DNA of 64,000 bases from an uncultured virus (IMG/VR IMGVR_UViG_3300044717_000012) (IMGVR_UViG_3300044717_000012); one strand, 5' to 3'. Positions 9,863 to 19,927 are shown, counted from the stretch's first letter. Translations and numbers: made by a program. Notes: a model not told the origin generated them from the letters alone.

Positions 9863-10258
9863 CTATCTCAGCTCTTGCTGAAAGGTCACAATGTACGCTG
9901 GCAATGGACCGCCCGGGCTGGGATAAACCCCGGGGACAGAGCTCAGCACAATTCCCGGGGTGAAACGCTCAAGCGCATACATCACCGATGCTATGATCGA
10001 TCGCAAAATGTCTATCGCATACTGATTCATCACCACGACAATGTAAATGTTAAACTGCGCCGTGGTCAGTCCCGTACCAGCAAACGAGTAACCCCGGACA
10101 GACAGCCGTGGCGGGCCGATCACCAATGCCGGCGGTGCCACGGGTAGCGCTACCGAGTTGATGATGCGGAAATCCGGCACTGAGGCCAGTGCGAATTCGA
10201 TGCCGGATACCACTCGCTCAACGCCCGGGGTGCCGCTGATATCGCCGGGTGCACTCAT
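9863..10258 (-). CDS. Tail terminator / head-tail completion protein
   Basis: PPALVIGPP...LPAY.VT pattern; synteny. Confidence 0.6.
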   Translation of the reverse strand: MSAPGDISGTPGVERVVSGIEFALASVPDFRIINSVALPVAPPALVIGPPRLSVRGYSFAGTGLTTAQFNIYIVVVMNQYAIDILRSIIASVMYALERFTPGIVLSSVPGVYPSPGGPLPAYIVTFQQELR

Positions 10259-10608
10259 GCCAGACCACCCAGGATGCCCAGCTGTAGGTAGATGTCAGGG
10301 TCCACCGCGGGGATCTGCCCGGCGCCGAGCTCGCCCATCTGCACAAGCCCGGTAGGGCTATTACTCCTGATGAACCACCGCGCGGCCAGACGCAGCGTGC
10401 CTAGCCTGACCTCCCATGGCACCGTCCAGTTGCCGTGGTAATCGATGTCTTTGCGCCGGTCCATCACCCAGGACATCGCTGCGTAGAGGCTGCGCTGCAG
10501 CTTGGCATCATCGCGGGTGCTCAGCGGCACACCATCGAGCGACTGATCATTTTTCAGCTCATCCACGGTCAACCACGTCCCTGGCGGTGATGGCACGGGC
10601 GCGGTCAC
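10255..10608 (-). CDS. Head-to-tail adaptor (gp6/gp15-like)
   Basis: LTVDELK...VP.EVRLGTLRLAARWF.R.NSP.G...DPDI. Confidence 0.8.
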   Translation of the reverse strand: MTAPVPSPPGTWLTVDELKNDQSLDGVPLSTRDDAKLQRSLYAAMSWVMDRRKDIDYHGNWTVPWEVRLGTLRLAARWFIRSNSPTGLVQMGELGAGQIPAVDPDIYLQLGILGGLA

Positions 10609-11228
10609 GGCTTGGCCTCACTCCCGCCGGTTGTGGTCGGCGTGGCTGCGGTGCTGGTCGCCGGGGTTGCCGGGGGTGTCTTGGCCGCCGTGGGGCTCGA
10701 TGTGGTCGGCGTGGTTGTGGTGTCCTCGCCTGATGCAGTCGTGCCGGCCGCTGTAGTGGCCGTAGCCGGCGCTGACCGCTGCGGTGGCGGCGCGGATGCC
10801 GCCGGCCCACTGCCGGCCCTGATCTGGCGCTCTCGCAGCGTCTGGCGCCCTTCCGGCGGGGTGTCACGAGCCTCCGTGGTGGTGTCCCGGTCATCCCAGA
10901 CGCGCCGCATCTCGCCCAGCTCCTTATCAACCGCATAGACACGCTCTGTGTTGCCCAGTGCGTCCACAATCTCGCGCTCGCCCAACAGCTGGTTGATACG
11001 CGAGGCCAGCTGGTAGTAGGGAGAATCGGCTTGCTCGATCTCTGCGAGGTCATCAGCCGAAAAAGCCGCATCTGTCGGGCTGATTATCCCGGTGTCACCT
11101 CCCTGCGCTGCAGTGCGCGCTGCCGCGGTCTGGGTGGGCGAGCTGACCTCCGTAGGGGTAGCGCTGCCTGTGGTGGTCTGTGCCGGCGCGGTTGTGTCAG
11201 CTGGCGCTGGTTTATTTGAGCTGGTCAT
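10605..11228 (-). CDS. Thr/Pro/Ala-rich hypothetical protein with helical core
   Basis: 207 aa, coupled to neighbours. Confidence 0.65.
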   Translation of the reverse strand: MTSSNKPAPADTTAPAQTTTGSATPTEVSSPTQTAAARTAAQGGDTGIISPTDAAFSADDLAEIEQADSPYYQLASRINQLLGEREIVDALGNTERVYAVDKELGEMRRVWDDRDTTTEARDTPPEGRQTLRERQIRAGSGPAASAPPPQRSAPATATTAAGTTASGEDTTTTPTTSSPTAAKTPPATPATSTAATPTTTGGSEAKP

Positions 11229-11581
11229 CAGATGATCAACACTCCTACTGCAAACGTGACCGTAGGCGAGCCGGTACCGCCTACGGTGGCTACCGCCTGC
11301 ACGTAATCATCATTGACCAGTGCGGATGCAATGGCCGAGTTAGACGTGCCGGTGATCTGTGTGATGGCACCGCCCGGCAAGTCTGCCCACGTAGCTGCAT
11401 CATTGGAGCTCTGCAGCTTGACATCAAGCGTGTGTGTAGTGCCGGCAGCTGCGGATACATTGACGAAAGCTGCCACGAAATTGGCACCGCCGGCCACATC
11501 GAGCGGACCACTGGAAAATGTACCGGCTGCCTGAGTTTGCGAGGGAAATGCAAAATCAGATAGTGGTGTGTGCAGCGTCAT
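11228..11581 (-). CDS. Probable capsid decoration/structural protein
   Basis: Beta-rich VSAAAGTT.TLDVKLQ.S.D..TW.D; immediately after capsid; ATG 11581 has SD GGAGG. Confidence 0.6.
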   Translation of the reverse strand: MTLHTPLSDFAFPSQTQAAGTFSSGPLDVAGGANFVAAFVNVSAAAGTTHTLDVKLQSSNDAATWADLPGGAITQITGTSNSAIASALVNDDYVQAVATVGGTGSPTVTFAVGVLII

Positions 11582-11632
11582 GCCTAACCCTCCGTTCAGC
11601 GAACAATAGAGTAACAAACCAACTACGGAGAG

Positions 11633-13075
11633 TCAGAATGTAGGGCTGACAAATCCCGTCCCGGCAATCTTGGCGTTGGCCGCCGAATACCGGCGGAATG
11701 AATAGGCGAAATACCCATACAAGACTAGCAGAATGCCTAGCTGTGCAGCCGCGGGCTGTTCTGCGCGCATGAATACGGGCGCCTCGGGCGATTCCCATAA
11801 ATGGCATTCATCAGAGGCAATAATGTACATTTCGTCTTGATTAGTTCCGGCACCCAAGTTGGTGGCGATGTTATTGTCCACCACCGCAATCATGCCGTTA
11901 GGCATAATACCGCGAGCACCCCGGCCGTATTTTTCTGCGTAGTTGATGCCGGCGTGGGTGTCCACGATTCCGGGCTGCCCGAACAATGGGAACTGGTTGG
12001 TCAGCTGGCTCTGCAACCAGTACCAGCGCCGCGAGTGCATGAGAACCACATCGGGCTGTGCGAAACCAAGCAGAGACGCCTCAGACAGCGCCGCGCCGGC
12101 CAGGATCTTGGGCCAGGCCTCGACACCGCTAGGGCTGGCATCATCATAGGTGATGCCGGACGCTACCGCGGACAATCCGGTAGTGGTCTGGTTGATGAGA
12201 GTGGCGTCCAAGGCAGTCGCATAACGCCTAAAAAGGTCATCAACCACTACCTCCTCGATCCCAACACCACGCTCTGCAGCCTGCCGGGAAATGGTTTGCT
12301 GACCGGCCGCGGTTTGGATGACCTCAGTGAGCAACGTGTCATCCATATCAGTCGCGCTAACTGCAGTGTTTTCTGTGGCCTGCAATCCCACAGACGATGC
12401 CGTAGTAATCCGGGAAATGTTTACCGTCATCCCGTATGCGGGCAGGTCGTGATGATTACAAACGTCAGCAAATGGTCGCATGGCGGCCACTGCGGGTGCG
12501 TACATATCCGTTAAATACTGCGGCACGACTAATCCTGTAAACGCACCCGTACCAACCGCGCGCTCCATATATCCGGTGCTGGCGCGCTCAACTCTCTCCT
12601 CTGCCATGTGCATTGCCAGCCGGGTGCCGGCCTCGACATCCTTAAACATATGCTGGCGCACCACGTCTTTGACGAACATGGCGCCGCGGCGGTCATTTCC
12701 CTTGTGGTAGGTGCGCTCTCCGCGAGTGACCCGGCCCACCTGATCGTAGGCTGGCTTACCGCCAGTGCGCAATTCCGGCGCACCAGAGGGCTGTATATTA
12801 GCGAGCTGCGCGCGGTCGTGTTTGTCGTCCAGCTCGATCTTGCGCGCATTGGCCAGCTTGGTGGCAATAGATTCCTGATCGGCTTTGGCACCGTCACGCA
12901 TCTGGAATAGTTCGGCCACCCGCTTGTCTTCATCAGCGGTAAGGGATGGTCTGCCCTCTTGGCTGGCTAGCGCCAGAATGGAGCGAACCTCGATGGTGGC
13001 CTTATCGTAACGCTTTTGGGCCGCCTCTTGCTCCACCTCAATGCCGGCAATCAACTCTTGCACAGTGGTAGTCAC
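11633..13075 (-). CDS. Major capsid protein (HK97 fold, N-terminal delta domain)
   Basis: 480 aa; coiled-coil N-terminus, GLVVPQYL..MYAP..RPFAD, AGQQTISRQAAERG; follows protease. Confidence 0.9.
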   Translation of the reverse strand: MTTTVQELIAGIEVEQEAAQKRYDKATIEVRSILALASQEGRPSLTADEDKRVAELFQMRDGAKADQESIATKLANARKIELDDKHDRAQLANIQPSGAPELRTGGKPAYDQVGRVTRGERTYHKGNDRRGAMFVKDVVRQHMFKDVEAGTRLAMHMAEERVERASTGYMERAVGTGAFTGLVVPQYLTDMYAPAVAAMRPFADVCNHHDLPAYGMTVNISRITTASSVGLQATENTAVSATDMDDTLLTEVIQTAAGQQTISRQAAERGVGIEEVVVDDLFRRYATALDATLINQTTTGLSAVASGITYDDASPSGVEAWPKILAGAALSEASLLGFAQPDVVLMHSRRWYWLQSQLTNQFPLFGQPGIVDTHAGINYAEKYGRGARGIMPNGMIAVVDNNIATNLGAGTNQDEMYIIASDECHLWESPEAPVFMRAEQPAAAQLGILLVLYGYFAYSFRRYSAANAKIAGTGFVSPTF

Positions 13076-13193
13076 TGTTGTGCTCCCTCGCTATCTTGTG
13101 AGCCTGGCAATGGCTCGATATGCCGTGTACACGGCGCGTGGCCGTGTGATGAGCTGCACTGCGACAAATCGAATGAGCACGCGCCTATAGGCT

Positions 13194-14129
13194 TTATTCG
13201 CCAGCAAGTAACGCGCTACGGACCAAAGCGAGCGAGCGGCCAGCGGCTTGCTTTGTTTCGTTATTTTCCACAGAGCCATAACGTGCCTCCAATATCCGTA
13301 GTGCCTCCCGTGCTGCACGCTCTGGGAGATGGTCAATCTGCTCTAGGAATTGATGGGCACGATGGGCAATAGATGTATTGGGATTGGCACCGAAATTCAC
13401 TGCGGAGACATCCCCGCAGTCAAGATCAAGACGCAGGATGGTGAACTGGGTAAAATCGTCGTTCCATTCTCCTTCCTCTAGGAATGCCGCAAAAGACATC
13501 TGATCGATACTGCCCTCAGCAATAGCGATGGCTAGGTCGTGCACGTCATTGCGTTGACGGTTCGCCCACGTCTCGATAGCCAGCCCTTGTGGCATGGCTG
13601 ACAGCATCAATGTGCCGGCGCGGGTACGAGCCATAGTCAGCCCGCCGTGGTTTACCAGGAATGCCACATCAGGCCCGCGGGACAATGACGCATCGAATGC
13701 ACGAGAGCTGACTTTTTCCTCATACGGACCAAAAATGTCCCACATCGAATAGGGAGTCTCCACCACGGAAGCAACCCCCGATAAATGACACCAAAACGAT
13801 TCGCCATCACCCTCATTGTCAGGATCGGTGCAGGTACATTCACCGTCTGCGCACTCGCACTCCATGGCGCGTTTGGTCTTGGCCGGCGCAGAGCGGATCG
13901 CTGCGGTGCCCGGAAACGAGATGATCTCGCGTGGTGGCTGGTCATCCCGGGTGACCGGCGCCAAGTGCAGGGGGAACGTGAGCACCCGGCGTGTATCTAC
14001 CTCGATGGGTGCCGTCCCGCGGGCCAGGTGCAGGCCGTGGCGGTCCTCTGACTTGCCGCGTAGTAGCGCTGCCTTGCGCTCTGCCGCTGCCGTCTCACGG
14101 GTGATGGTGTTACTCGATGTCTTGGGCAT
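13194..14129 (-). CDS. Prohead protease (HK97 family)
   Basis: GVASV.ETPY, FLVNHGG..MART, QMSFA, DVSAVNFGANP. Confidence 0.9.
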   Translation of the reverse strand: MPKTSSNTITRETAAAERKAALLRGKSEDRHGLHLARGTAPIEVDTRRVLTFPLHLAPVTRDDQPPREIISFPGTAAIRSAPAKTKRAMECECADGECTCTDPDNEGDGESFWCHLSGVASVVETPYSMWDIFGPYEEKVSSRAFDASLSRGPDVAFLVNHGGLTMARTRAGTLMLSAMPQGLAIETWANRQRNDVHDLAIAIAEGSIDQMSFAAFLEEGEWNDDFTQFTILRLDLDCGDVSAVNFGANPNTSIAHRAHQFLEQIDHLPERAAREALRILEARYGSVENNETKQAAGRSLALVRSALLAGE

Positions 14130-14139
14130 TACCCTCTCC

Positions 14140-14155
14140 TGCTAGGCTGCGCGGC
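14140..14155 (+). promoter_or_regulatory. Extended -10 leaderless promoter (TGcTAGGCT, 7 nt before ATG 14156)
   Basis: Overlaps the RBS of the divergent protease gene. Confidence 0.55.
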
Positions 14156-14347
14156 ATGGCAGTAGTCCTGTACCGGCCTAAATGCACATGCGGATATGTG
14201 AGCTCTCTCGGTACCCCAGATAATGCGCGGGCATGGTTAATGGCGAATAGGCATTACACGGAGGAACACATCATGAAAGAAACCCTCATGAGTGAGTACA
14301 CCGCAATTCCCTACGTGATAGACGTTGAGCCCTACCTGCATGAGTAG
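14156..14347 (+). CDS. Small CxCG/His protein, antisense cassette
   Basis: YRPKCTCGY...NRHY; leaderless start. Confidence 0.55.
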   Translation: MAVVLYRPKCTCGYVSSLGTPDNARAWLMANRHYTEEHIMKETLMSEYTAIPYVIDVEPYLHE

Positions 14348-14528
14348 TGAATGCCCTGCATGCGGACCTGACTGCTGGCACCAACCCGCCGGCTATTTGT
14401 GGTGCCGGCCTTGCGAGGAACATCACCGGCCGCCGGAATGCGCGATAAACAGTGAGGGTCAGGCCTTGGCACCGTGCGGTTACCCATGGGATATGAACCC
14501 ATGCCCGTGCATGGCTGACCAAATCTAA
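14340..14528 (+). CDS. Small Cys-rich protein, antisense cassette
   Basis: CPAC..C..C.PC..HH..C; overlaps previous stop. Confidence 0.55.
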   Translation: MSSECPACGPDCWHQPAGYLWCRPCEEHHRPPECAINSEGQALAPCGYPWDMNPCPCMADQI

Positions 14529-15763
14529 AGCGGCGGCTGCGGTGCATTGGGCGGTGTGGTCGGATTGGTCGCACCCGGTGCTGGACGCGGGGGCCAGAAG
14601 CGGTCAAACTCTGCGCAATCCGCCTCCGTCAATGGCTGGCGGTCCAACATAAAGCGCGCCTCATTCGGTGTGAGCAACCGGCCGGCTACTTGCAGGTTCA
14701 GCATCTCTGTGAGAGTTTTCGGGTCACTTCGCAGAAGTGCATCAATGTTCATCTTCACAAATTGCTTGGCTGGCAGCATTTTGTTGAGGTTGTTTTCACG
14801 CCGAATGATGGCTGGCCCAAGACTCATCGATAAAAACTGCAGATTTCGCTGCGTCACATTAGCGTAAGTTACCGACTCCCCGGATATCGCAGCATCAATA
14901 AGATCTGCCGGCACGTCAAAGAAACGGGCCACCTCAATGGGTGTGAGCCGGCGAGCCTCGATCCATTCCATGCCGGTCTGCTCTGGACTGATGAGGGCAT
15001 AATCCCAGTCCTTACCCGTAACCAGCGCGTCACCTGACTGCACCGATTCTTTGAGCTTGGCCTTGATGCCAGCGGCTTGACCATCCGTGACAGTGGGCTG
15101 CGTGTTGTTTTTCAAGTGCCCGCGCGGTATTCCTCCCATGGTAAACCACGAAATCGCAAAGTCCTGAATACTCAATCCCTCACTAATAGACCATGCCGCG
15201 TACATCACCGGTGACAATCCCAGCGGGAAACCAGCCACCGTGTATTGTTTCTCATGCCAAATGAGCTCTGGTGGATATTCCTGACCACGGATATACCAAT
15301 GCGTGATACGATTGTCAATAGTGCGCACCGATACCCAGGACAGCGGGATCAGCTCAACTTCTGCAGGTAGCCCGTAACCATTGATCGAGCGGATGATGCC
15401 TACTGAGTTGCCAGCGCGGTCTAGGTCAAATTGTGTTGAGTACATCCACTCGACATAATCAGCTTGCGAGCCGCCCGGCCGTAGAATTGATGGTGGCGAG
15501 GGCACCTTGAGCGCGGGGAGGTCGCCCTCACCCTGGCGGAACGTTTCCAACGGAAAGGTGCTGATGAGGTTGGCACGCAAACGCAGGCATCCCCAGACGG
15601 CTGAGTGCCGCATCGCTGACTGGTCATTGACCATGTGGCCGGGTAGAACCTGTTGCATGGGCATGCGGTAGGGCACGAGATCGGCCGCGGTGGCGCCTAC
15701 AAACTCACCCCAGTAGCCCGCGTAAGGCCCCTGTATGTTGGCGGTGCGGAATAACAGACTCAC
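14525..15763 (-). CDS. Portal protein (HK97 family)
   Basis: AMRHSAVWGC..L.A..IS.FP, GLSPV.YA, EVARFFDVP..LI, TYANV.Q, LTPNEAR. Confidence 0.93.
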   Translation of the reverse strand: MSLLFRTANIQGPYAGYWGEFVGATAADLVPYRMPMQQVLPGHMVNDQSAMRHSAVWGCLRLRANLISTFPLETFRQGEGDLPALKVPSPPSILRPGGSQADYVEWMYSTQFDLDRAGNSVGIIRSINGYGLPAEVELIPLSWVSVRTIDNRITHWYIRGQEYPPELIWHEKQYTVAGFPLGLSPVMYAAWSISEGLSIQDFAISWFTMGGIPRGHLKNNTQPTVTDGQAAGIKAKLKESVQSGDALVTGKDWDYALISPEQTGMEWIEARRLTPIEVARFFDVPADLIDAAISGESVTYANVTQRNLQFLSMSLGPAIIRRENNLNKMLPAKQFVKMNIDALLRSDPKTLTEMLNLQVAGRLLTPNEARFMLDRQPLTEADCAEFDRFWPPRPAPGATNPTTPPNAPQPPL

Positions 15764-16002
15764 GGCATCAATTCCTTAATCTGCCGCAACAAATCAGTCT
15801 CATCAGAACCATCCCCGCCAAATACCCAAGGCTCGACACCATCACCTAGCAGATACCAAGCATCAGTATCTGTATCCACTGCCAACGCGTAGCCGCGCGG
15901 ATGAAATACGCACCGATTGATAAACCATAGCAATCCGTCTTCACGTAACCGCACGGGTCGCCCTTGACGTTTCGGTGCCTTAGAGAATTCGCTACTCATC
16001 AT
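15760..16002 (-). CDS. Hypothetical phage protein
   Basis: LREDGLLWFINR.VFHPRGYALA; coupled. Confidence 0.7.
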   Translation of the reverse strand: MMSSEFSKAPKRQGRPVRLREDGLLWFINRCVFHPRGYALAVDTDTDAWYLLGDGVEPWVFGGDGSDETDLLRQIKELMP

Positions 16003-16346
16003 GACAGTGGTATCCCGTCCTGCACCTGTACTGCTTGCATGCTTGCTTGCTGCACGCTGGCTGCCTGGCGCTCAGCCATGTAGCGCTGCACTGTTCGGGA
16101 GGTATTGACCAGTCCTGCCGGCGGCTCTGGTGGTGGTTGTTTCTCCGTGGCTCGCTCGATCTGCTCGCGCTGGGCGCGGGCCGCAATGTACGCGGCACCA
16201 ATCAGTCCGGCACCAGACACCAAAAGGAATCCCGCGGCACCAGTAACCCATGCGGCGAACACCCCCAATCCGAATGCGGCGAGGATCATGCCGATTGTTT
16301 CCAGAGCAGTGATGACAATCTCATTGATCAAAAGCAACCGCGGCAC
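15999..16346 (-). CDS. Two-TM membrane protein upstream of portal
   Basis: Hydrophobic hairpin; usual position in actinophages. Confidence 0.7.
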   Translation of the reverse strand: MPRLLLINEIVITALETIGMILAAFGLGVFAAWVTGAAGFLLVSGAGLIGAAYIAARAQREQIERATEKQPPPEPPAGLVNTSRTVQRYMAERQAASVQQASMQAVQVQDGIPLS

Positions 16347-16359
16347 TAGTCACCACCTC

Positions 16360-16375
16360 TGGTATCATGCAATCC
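16360..16375 (+). promoter_or_regulatory. Extended -10 leaderless promoter (TGgTATCAT, 7 nt before ATG 16376)
   Basis: Back-to-back with start of the 16346 minus gene. Confidence 0.55.
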
Positions 16376-16597
16376 ATGGCAGACTTTGAGATTGACGCTT
16401 ATGAACGTGCCGTGCTGCACGCGCTCGATAATCCGCTCCCACAAGATTTACATAGACTGATAGCGGAATACATCGAACCCGTCACAACCAACCGCCGATT
16501 AGATCACGGTGAGTGCATGAGTCTTATCGGCATCGCATATCCCTTGATCAATGAGTATCTGATACAACGCGCTAGAGAGCAGGGACCGCCATCATGA
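16376..16597 (+). CDS. Hypothetical protein, antisense operon gene 1
   Basis: ATGA-coupled to next ORF. Confidence 0.6.
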   Translation: MADFEIDAYERAVLHALDNPLPQDLHRLIAEYIEPVTTNRRLDHGECMSLIGIAYPLINEYLIQRAREQGPPS

Positions 16598-16773
16598 CGC
16601 GTAGGAGACGCCGGGGCCATCGAGCCGAGACGCGCAGCCGGCAGGATGCCTACGGCTGTGTGAGCTACTACGGCCGGTGCCGGGACTGCTCGTGGCGGGG
16701 CCAGCCGTGGTTTGAGCGGCCATGGCGTGCTGACCGGGACGTTAAGACGCATTGCGCCAGGGTGCGCTCATGA
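16594..16773 (+). CDS. Small CxxC protein (59 aa), antisense operon gene 2
   Basis: Hand translation MTRRRRRGHRAE...GRCRDCSWRG...KTHCARVRS; ATGA overlaps at both ends. Confidence 0.6.
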   Translation: MTRRRRRGHRAETRSRQDAYGCVSYYGRCRDCSWRGQPWFERPWRADRDVKTHCARVRS

Positions 16774-16982
16774 CCATTTGGAAGCGCATTACTAATGAGA
16801 TGGTATGGTGCCCACCTCATGGAATAAAGGTGCACGGCATCGCTACCGGTACCGACTGGATCCCAGCGTGGGTTGAGATTGACGGTGACGCATACCAACT
16901 GGGTGCATTCGATAAAGACAATCAAACCTACGAACTGCACCCACGGATTGCAGCCCCCTTAGCTCCACCCGTAGGATCGTAA
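16770..16982 (+). CDS. Hypothetical protein, antisense operon gene 3
   Basis: ATGA-coupled. Confidence 0.55.
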   Translation: MTIWKRITNEMVWCPPHGIKVHGIATGTDWIPAWVEIDGDAYQLGAFDKDNQTYELHPRIAAPLAPPVGS

Positions 16983-17132
16983 CCATTGTTTGTCATCTTC
17001 GGTTAATGCTTGCCTGAGCTCATATGCCGCTATCCGCTCAGCCATGTACTTACACCGCAACCCTTTGCTGCATTTCCGGCATGGGCAACTGATGATGTAC
17101 GGGTTAGCGTACGACTCAATGAAACCATCCAT
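16959..17132 (-). CDS. 57-aa CPCxKC protein, paralog of 31878-32057
   Basis: Hand translation MDGFIESYANPYIISCPCRKCSKGLRCKYMAERIAAYELRQALTEDDKQWLRSYGWS; TGATG-coupled to terL. Confidence 0.7.
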   Translation of the reverse strand: MDGFIESYANPYIISCPCRKCSKGLRCKYMAERIAAYELRQALTEDDKQWLRSYGWS

Positions 17133-18667
17133 CAGTGCACCGACTGCATGAGGTCATACATATTGATGCCGAACACCGCCAGGCCGTGCAGCGCGAGCGT
17201 CAAGGTCATCACAGATGTGATGTTGTACTCGCTGGCCTTGCGTCCCCAGGCCCATGCTCCATCACCGATGTCTCGTTTCTGCAGCGACTTAATTGCCTCA
17301 ATGACCACCACTTGGTTGAGGTGGCGGATCTTGTCAGCGTCCGGGTGGTGAGCTGCGTTGAGGAATTCGCCGCACGCTTGGCCTAGCTCAGTAGCGGTGA
17401 CCTCATAGGGCTCGATGCCGCGCTTTTGCAGCTCGATGAGCAGAGCCCGGGCCGGGCCGGTGGCATCGCACACCCAGGCCACGGGCTGCCAGGTGTCATT
17501 GAGCTCTACGATGCGGTCAACCATCCACTCCGTGCCCTCACGGTGGTCTAGCACGCCGTCTGCGCCCGTGATCTCCGCGTGCGGGATGCCATCGATCCGG
17601 TAGCCGGCCACACCGATGCAGCCGTGCGTGAGGCCCGGGGTCGCATCGAAAGCAAACACGCTGCCTGAGCTGATCTGGCTGGCGAGGTCGGCGTTGCGCG
17701 CCCAGGCAATGAGGTTGATCAGGGGTGCGCCGCGGGGATCCTCGAAGATGCACAGCACCTCACGGGCAAAGATGACCGGATCCATCGAGCGCTGCGCCCG
17801 GGCCAGCGTGGCGAGCGTGAGGTGCCGGCCAGGCACCGGGTAGCCGAGCGCGGGGTTGGATTTGGCCAACTGCCGCGGGTCCGTGGCTACCGCTTGCGGG
17901 TTGGCTCCGTACTCGATCTCATCTACCGACCACTCGTAGTAGGCCACTTCTGGATCACCAGCGATGCCGCGCTCGCGCACCGACCGCAGCGCGCTGGATT
18001 CCAGTTTGCCGCCCATGGACAGATACCAGATCTGCCAGTGTGCTTTCGCAAACATAATGGGCATAAGCGCGCCCACCATTTCGGCGGTCAATGCGAATGC
18101 CTCATCAAAGAAAATGATGTCATAACCGGCCCAACCACGGGCTGCGCTGCCGGTCCGTGCTACGAAATCAATACGGGCGCCCTCTACCGCGCGGCCTTTC
18201 GTCCCGCGGGATGCTGAGGTGATAAGCAGTGGTGCCTTGGGCGGTTTCAGTACTATGGATTGTTCCTCATTGGCCGTGCGGATCTGTTTTACCTCTTTGT
18301 CGAAATCCGGGTAGGATTCGATGAGTAACTGTATCCGCTCGCGCATTTTCCTGCTCGTGGCCATCAGGTGCGCCGTGTACACGAGCTTGGCTTTGCGCAG
18401 GTACAATCCCTCTAGGCTGGCTACTTCCGCGATGGTGCTCTTGCCGTTCTGCCGGCCCACCACAAGGCCGATCTCTGGCGCCGCCCAGGTACGATTCTCG
18501 CTCAGCCCTAGCGCACCGTCCAGCACATCGCATTGCCACTCATCAAGTGGCAGGCCAGCTAACCGACCGAGCTCAACCGCATCAGGCCCCGCTGTCGTCA
18601 CCCACGGGGGGACGCTGCAAATCCGGGGAGTCTGACATCCTTTGATTTCGCTTATCTCTGACAGCAT
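17132..18667 (-). CDS. terL: Terminase large subunit
   Basis: Walker A GRQNGKST, Walker B IFFDEAF, SNPALG, FAREVLC, RNase H-like FAFD. Confidence 0.93.
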   Translation of the reverse strand: MLSEISEIKGCQTPRICSVPPWVTTAGPDAVELGRLAGLPLDEWQCDVLDGALGLSENRTWAAPEIGLVVGRQNGKSTIAEVASLEGLYLRKAKLVYTAHLMATSRKMRERIQLLIESYPDFDKEVKQIRTANEEQSIVLKPPKAPLLITSASRGTKGRAVEGARIDFVARTGSAARGWAGYDIIFFDEAFALTAEMVGALMPIMFAKAHWQIWYLSMGGKLESSALRSVRERGIAGDPEVAYYEWSVDEIEYGANPQAVATDPRQLAKSNPALGYPVPGRHLTLATLARAQRSMDPVIFAREVLCIFEDPRGAPLINLIAWARNADLASQISSGSVFAFDATPGLTHGCIGVAGYRIDGIPHAEITGADGVLDHREGTEWMVDRIVELNDTWQPVAWVCDATGPARALLIELQKRGIEPYEVTATELGQACGEFLNAAHHPDADKIRHLNQVVVIEAIKSLQKRDIGDGAWAWGRKASEYNITSVMTLTLALHGLAVFGINMYDLMQSVH

Positions 18668-18911
18668 CTAGCTCACTTCGCGGCTGGTCAGCGGGCAGTA
18701 GACTACTCCACTCACGATGTAATTTGCGGAGCTCAGTCAGTACCCGCTGAACACCACCGCCCGATGGTTCGTGTCCCTTGTCGAAGTCCTGCGCGTGCCG
18801 CCGGCCGATCTCAATCAGTCCGCATTCCGCTAACTGCAGCTCAGCAGGTAATTGCCGGACCTGATCCTCATATGCCTCTAGGACAGTGGTGTACGCACGC
18901 GCATCGGACAT
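18582..18911 (-). CDS. Terminase small subunit (putative)
   Basis: Helical, directly upstream of terL, C-terminal ELD.VR.KR. Confidence 0.65.
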   Translation of the reverse strand: MSDARAYTTVLEAYEDQVRQLPAELQLAECGLIEIGRRHAQDFDKGHEPSGGGVQRVLTELRKLHREWSSLLPADQPRSELDAVRDKRNQRMSDSPDLQRPPVGDDSGA

Positions 18912-18917
18912 CAGTCA

Positions 18918-19328
18918 TCAGGATTTGGGTGCGGGCTTCTCATCATCGGGATCAGGATCTTTGGCCGCCCCGCCATCATCAGCTTTGGCGCCCGCGTCCT
19001 GATCATCGCTGTCTTCCTCACGCCGTAGCCGCCTACTACGCTCATCTTTGTCATCATCCTCATCAGGCTGACCAGTGCCCGATGCCGGCGAGCTGTCATC
19101 GGCGGCGAGCTCCACAATCCCGTGATCACCTGTAGGTGGATCCGGCATCGGCGGATTTGCGTTGCCCTCATCAACCGGCAGCTCAGGGATGCGGTGTAGC
19201 GACTCACGGCGCAGCTGCGCAGCCGTTGAGCGGGCCACTGCGCCCGCGGCCGGGGGAGGCACCGCGGTACCGGTGGTGTGCCTCTGTACCTGGCGGGTGC
19301 GTGGTGCGCTGTTCCGGGGATCAGGCAT
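18918..19328 (-). CDS. Acidic disordered hypothetical protein
   Basis: ATG 19328 with SD GAGGGAG; Asp/Glu-rich C-half. Confidence 0.55.
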   Translation of the reverse strand: MPDPRNSAPRTRQVQRHTTGTAVPPPAAGAVARSTAAQLRRESLHRIPELPVDEGNANPPMPDPPTGDHGIVELAADDSSPASGTGQPDEDDDKDERSRRLRREEDSDDQDAGAKADDGGAAKDPDPDDEKPAPKS

Positions 19329-19344
19329 TGCTATACTCCCTCGC
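19329..19344 (+). promoter_or_regulatory. Extended -10 leaderless promoter (TGcTATACT, 7 nt before ATG 19345)
   Basis: Near-consensus; overlaps RBS of divergent gene. Confidence 0.6.
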
Positions 19345-19509
19345 ATGATTATGCCGTGGTGGAGCTGGATACTTTTTATCCTCTTGCTACTATCGCCATA
19401 CGCGGTGGCGCTGACACTGGGTGTAATCCATGGACGACGCGGCGGTAAGCCCAACAGCAAACAACCGAATACCGCATTGTTGGGTATCGGCATCTACCAT
19501 GAGGAGTAA
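19345..19509 (+). CDS. Small membrane protein, first gene of antisense operon
   Basis: MIMPWWSWILFILLLL...; followed by coupled small ORFs 19513-19602, 19599-19778, 19775-19909. Confidence 0.55.
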   Translation: MIMPWWSWILFILLLLSPYAVALTLGVIHGRRGGKPNSKQPNTALLGIGIYHEE

Positions 19510-19598
19510 TCCGTGTCAGCCATACAGATAATAATTGTGCTGTGCTGTTTTTTGTGGCTTACAGTTTGTGCCCGCCAATGGATGAAAGTGAGGAACAA

Positions 19599-19778
19599 AT
19601 GACCCCAGAAAATACCAGACAAGCACTATCATGGGAGGGTGACCCGCACCGCCACCCAAATCAATTTGGCGGCCGCATGTGTCACGCTCACGATGATTTC
19701 ACATACCATTGTCACGATCTTATCCCACCACCAAATAGTGGGTTGGAATCCGGTCAAGCATATTGGAGCAACAAATGA
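19599..19778 (+). CDS. Small His/Cys-rich protein
   Basis: SD GAGGA; ATGA overlaps. Confidence 0.5.
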   Translation: MTPENTRQALSWEGDPHRHPNQFGGRMCHAHDDFTYHCHDLIPPPNSGLESGQAYWSNK

Positions 19779-19927
19779 ACGAACGTCAAGCCTTTGCACT
19801 CGCACACCCACTCAATGAGCCTGATGACCTGAATTTGCTACTGCAACTAAGTGATGTCCGCACCATTTACGGCAACACCATCTGCATTGTTCTCGCTATC
19901 GACCGTTGAGCACGTCTCAATGACAGC

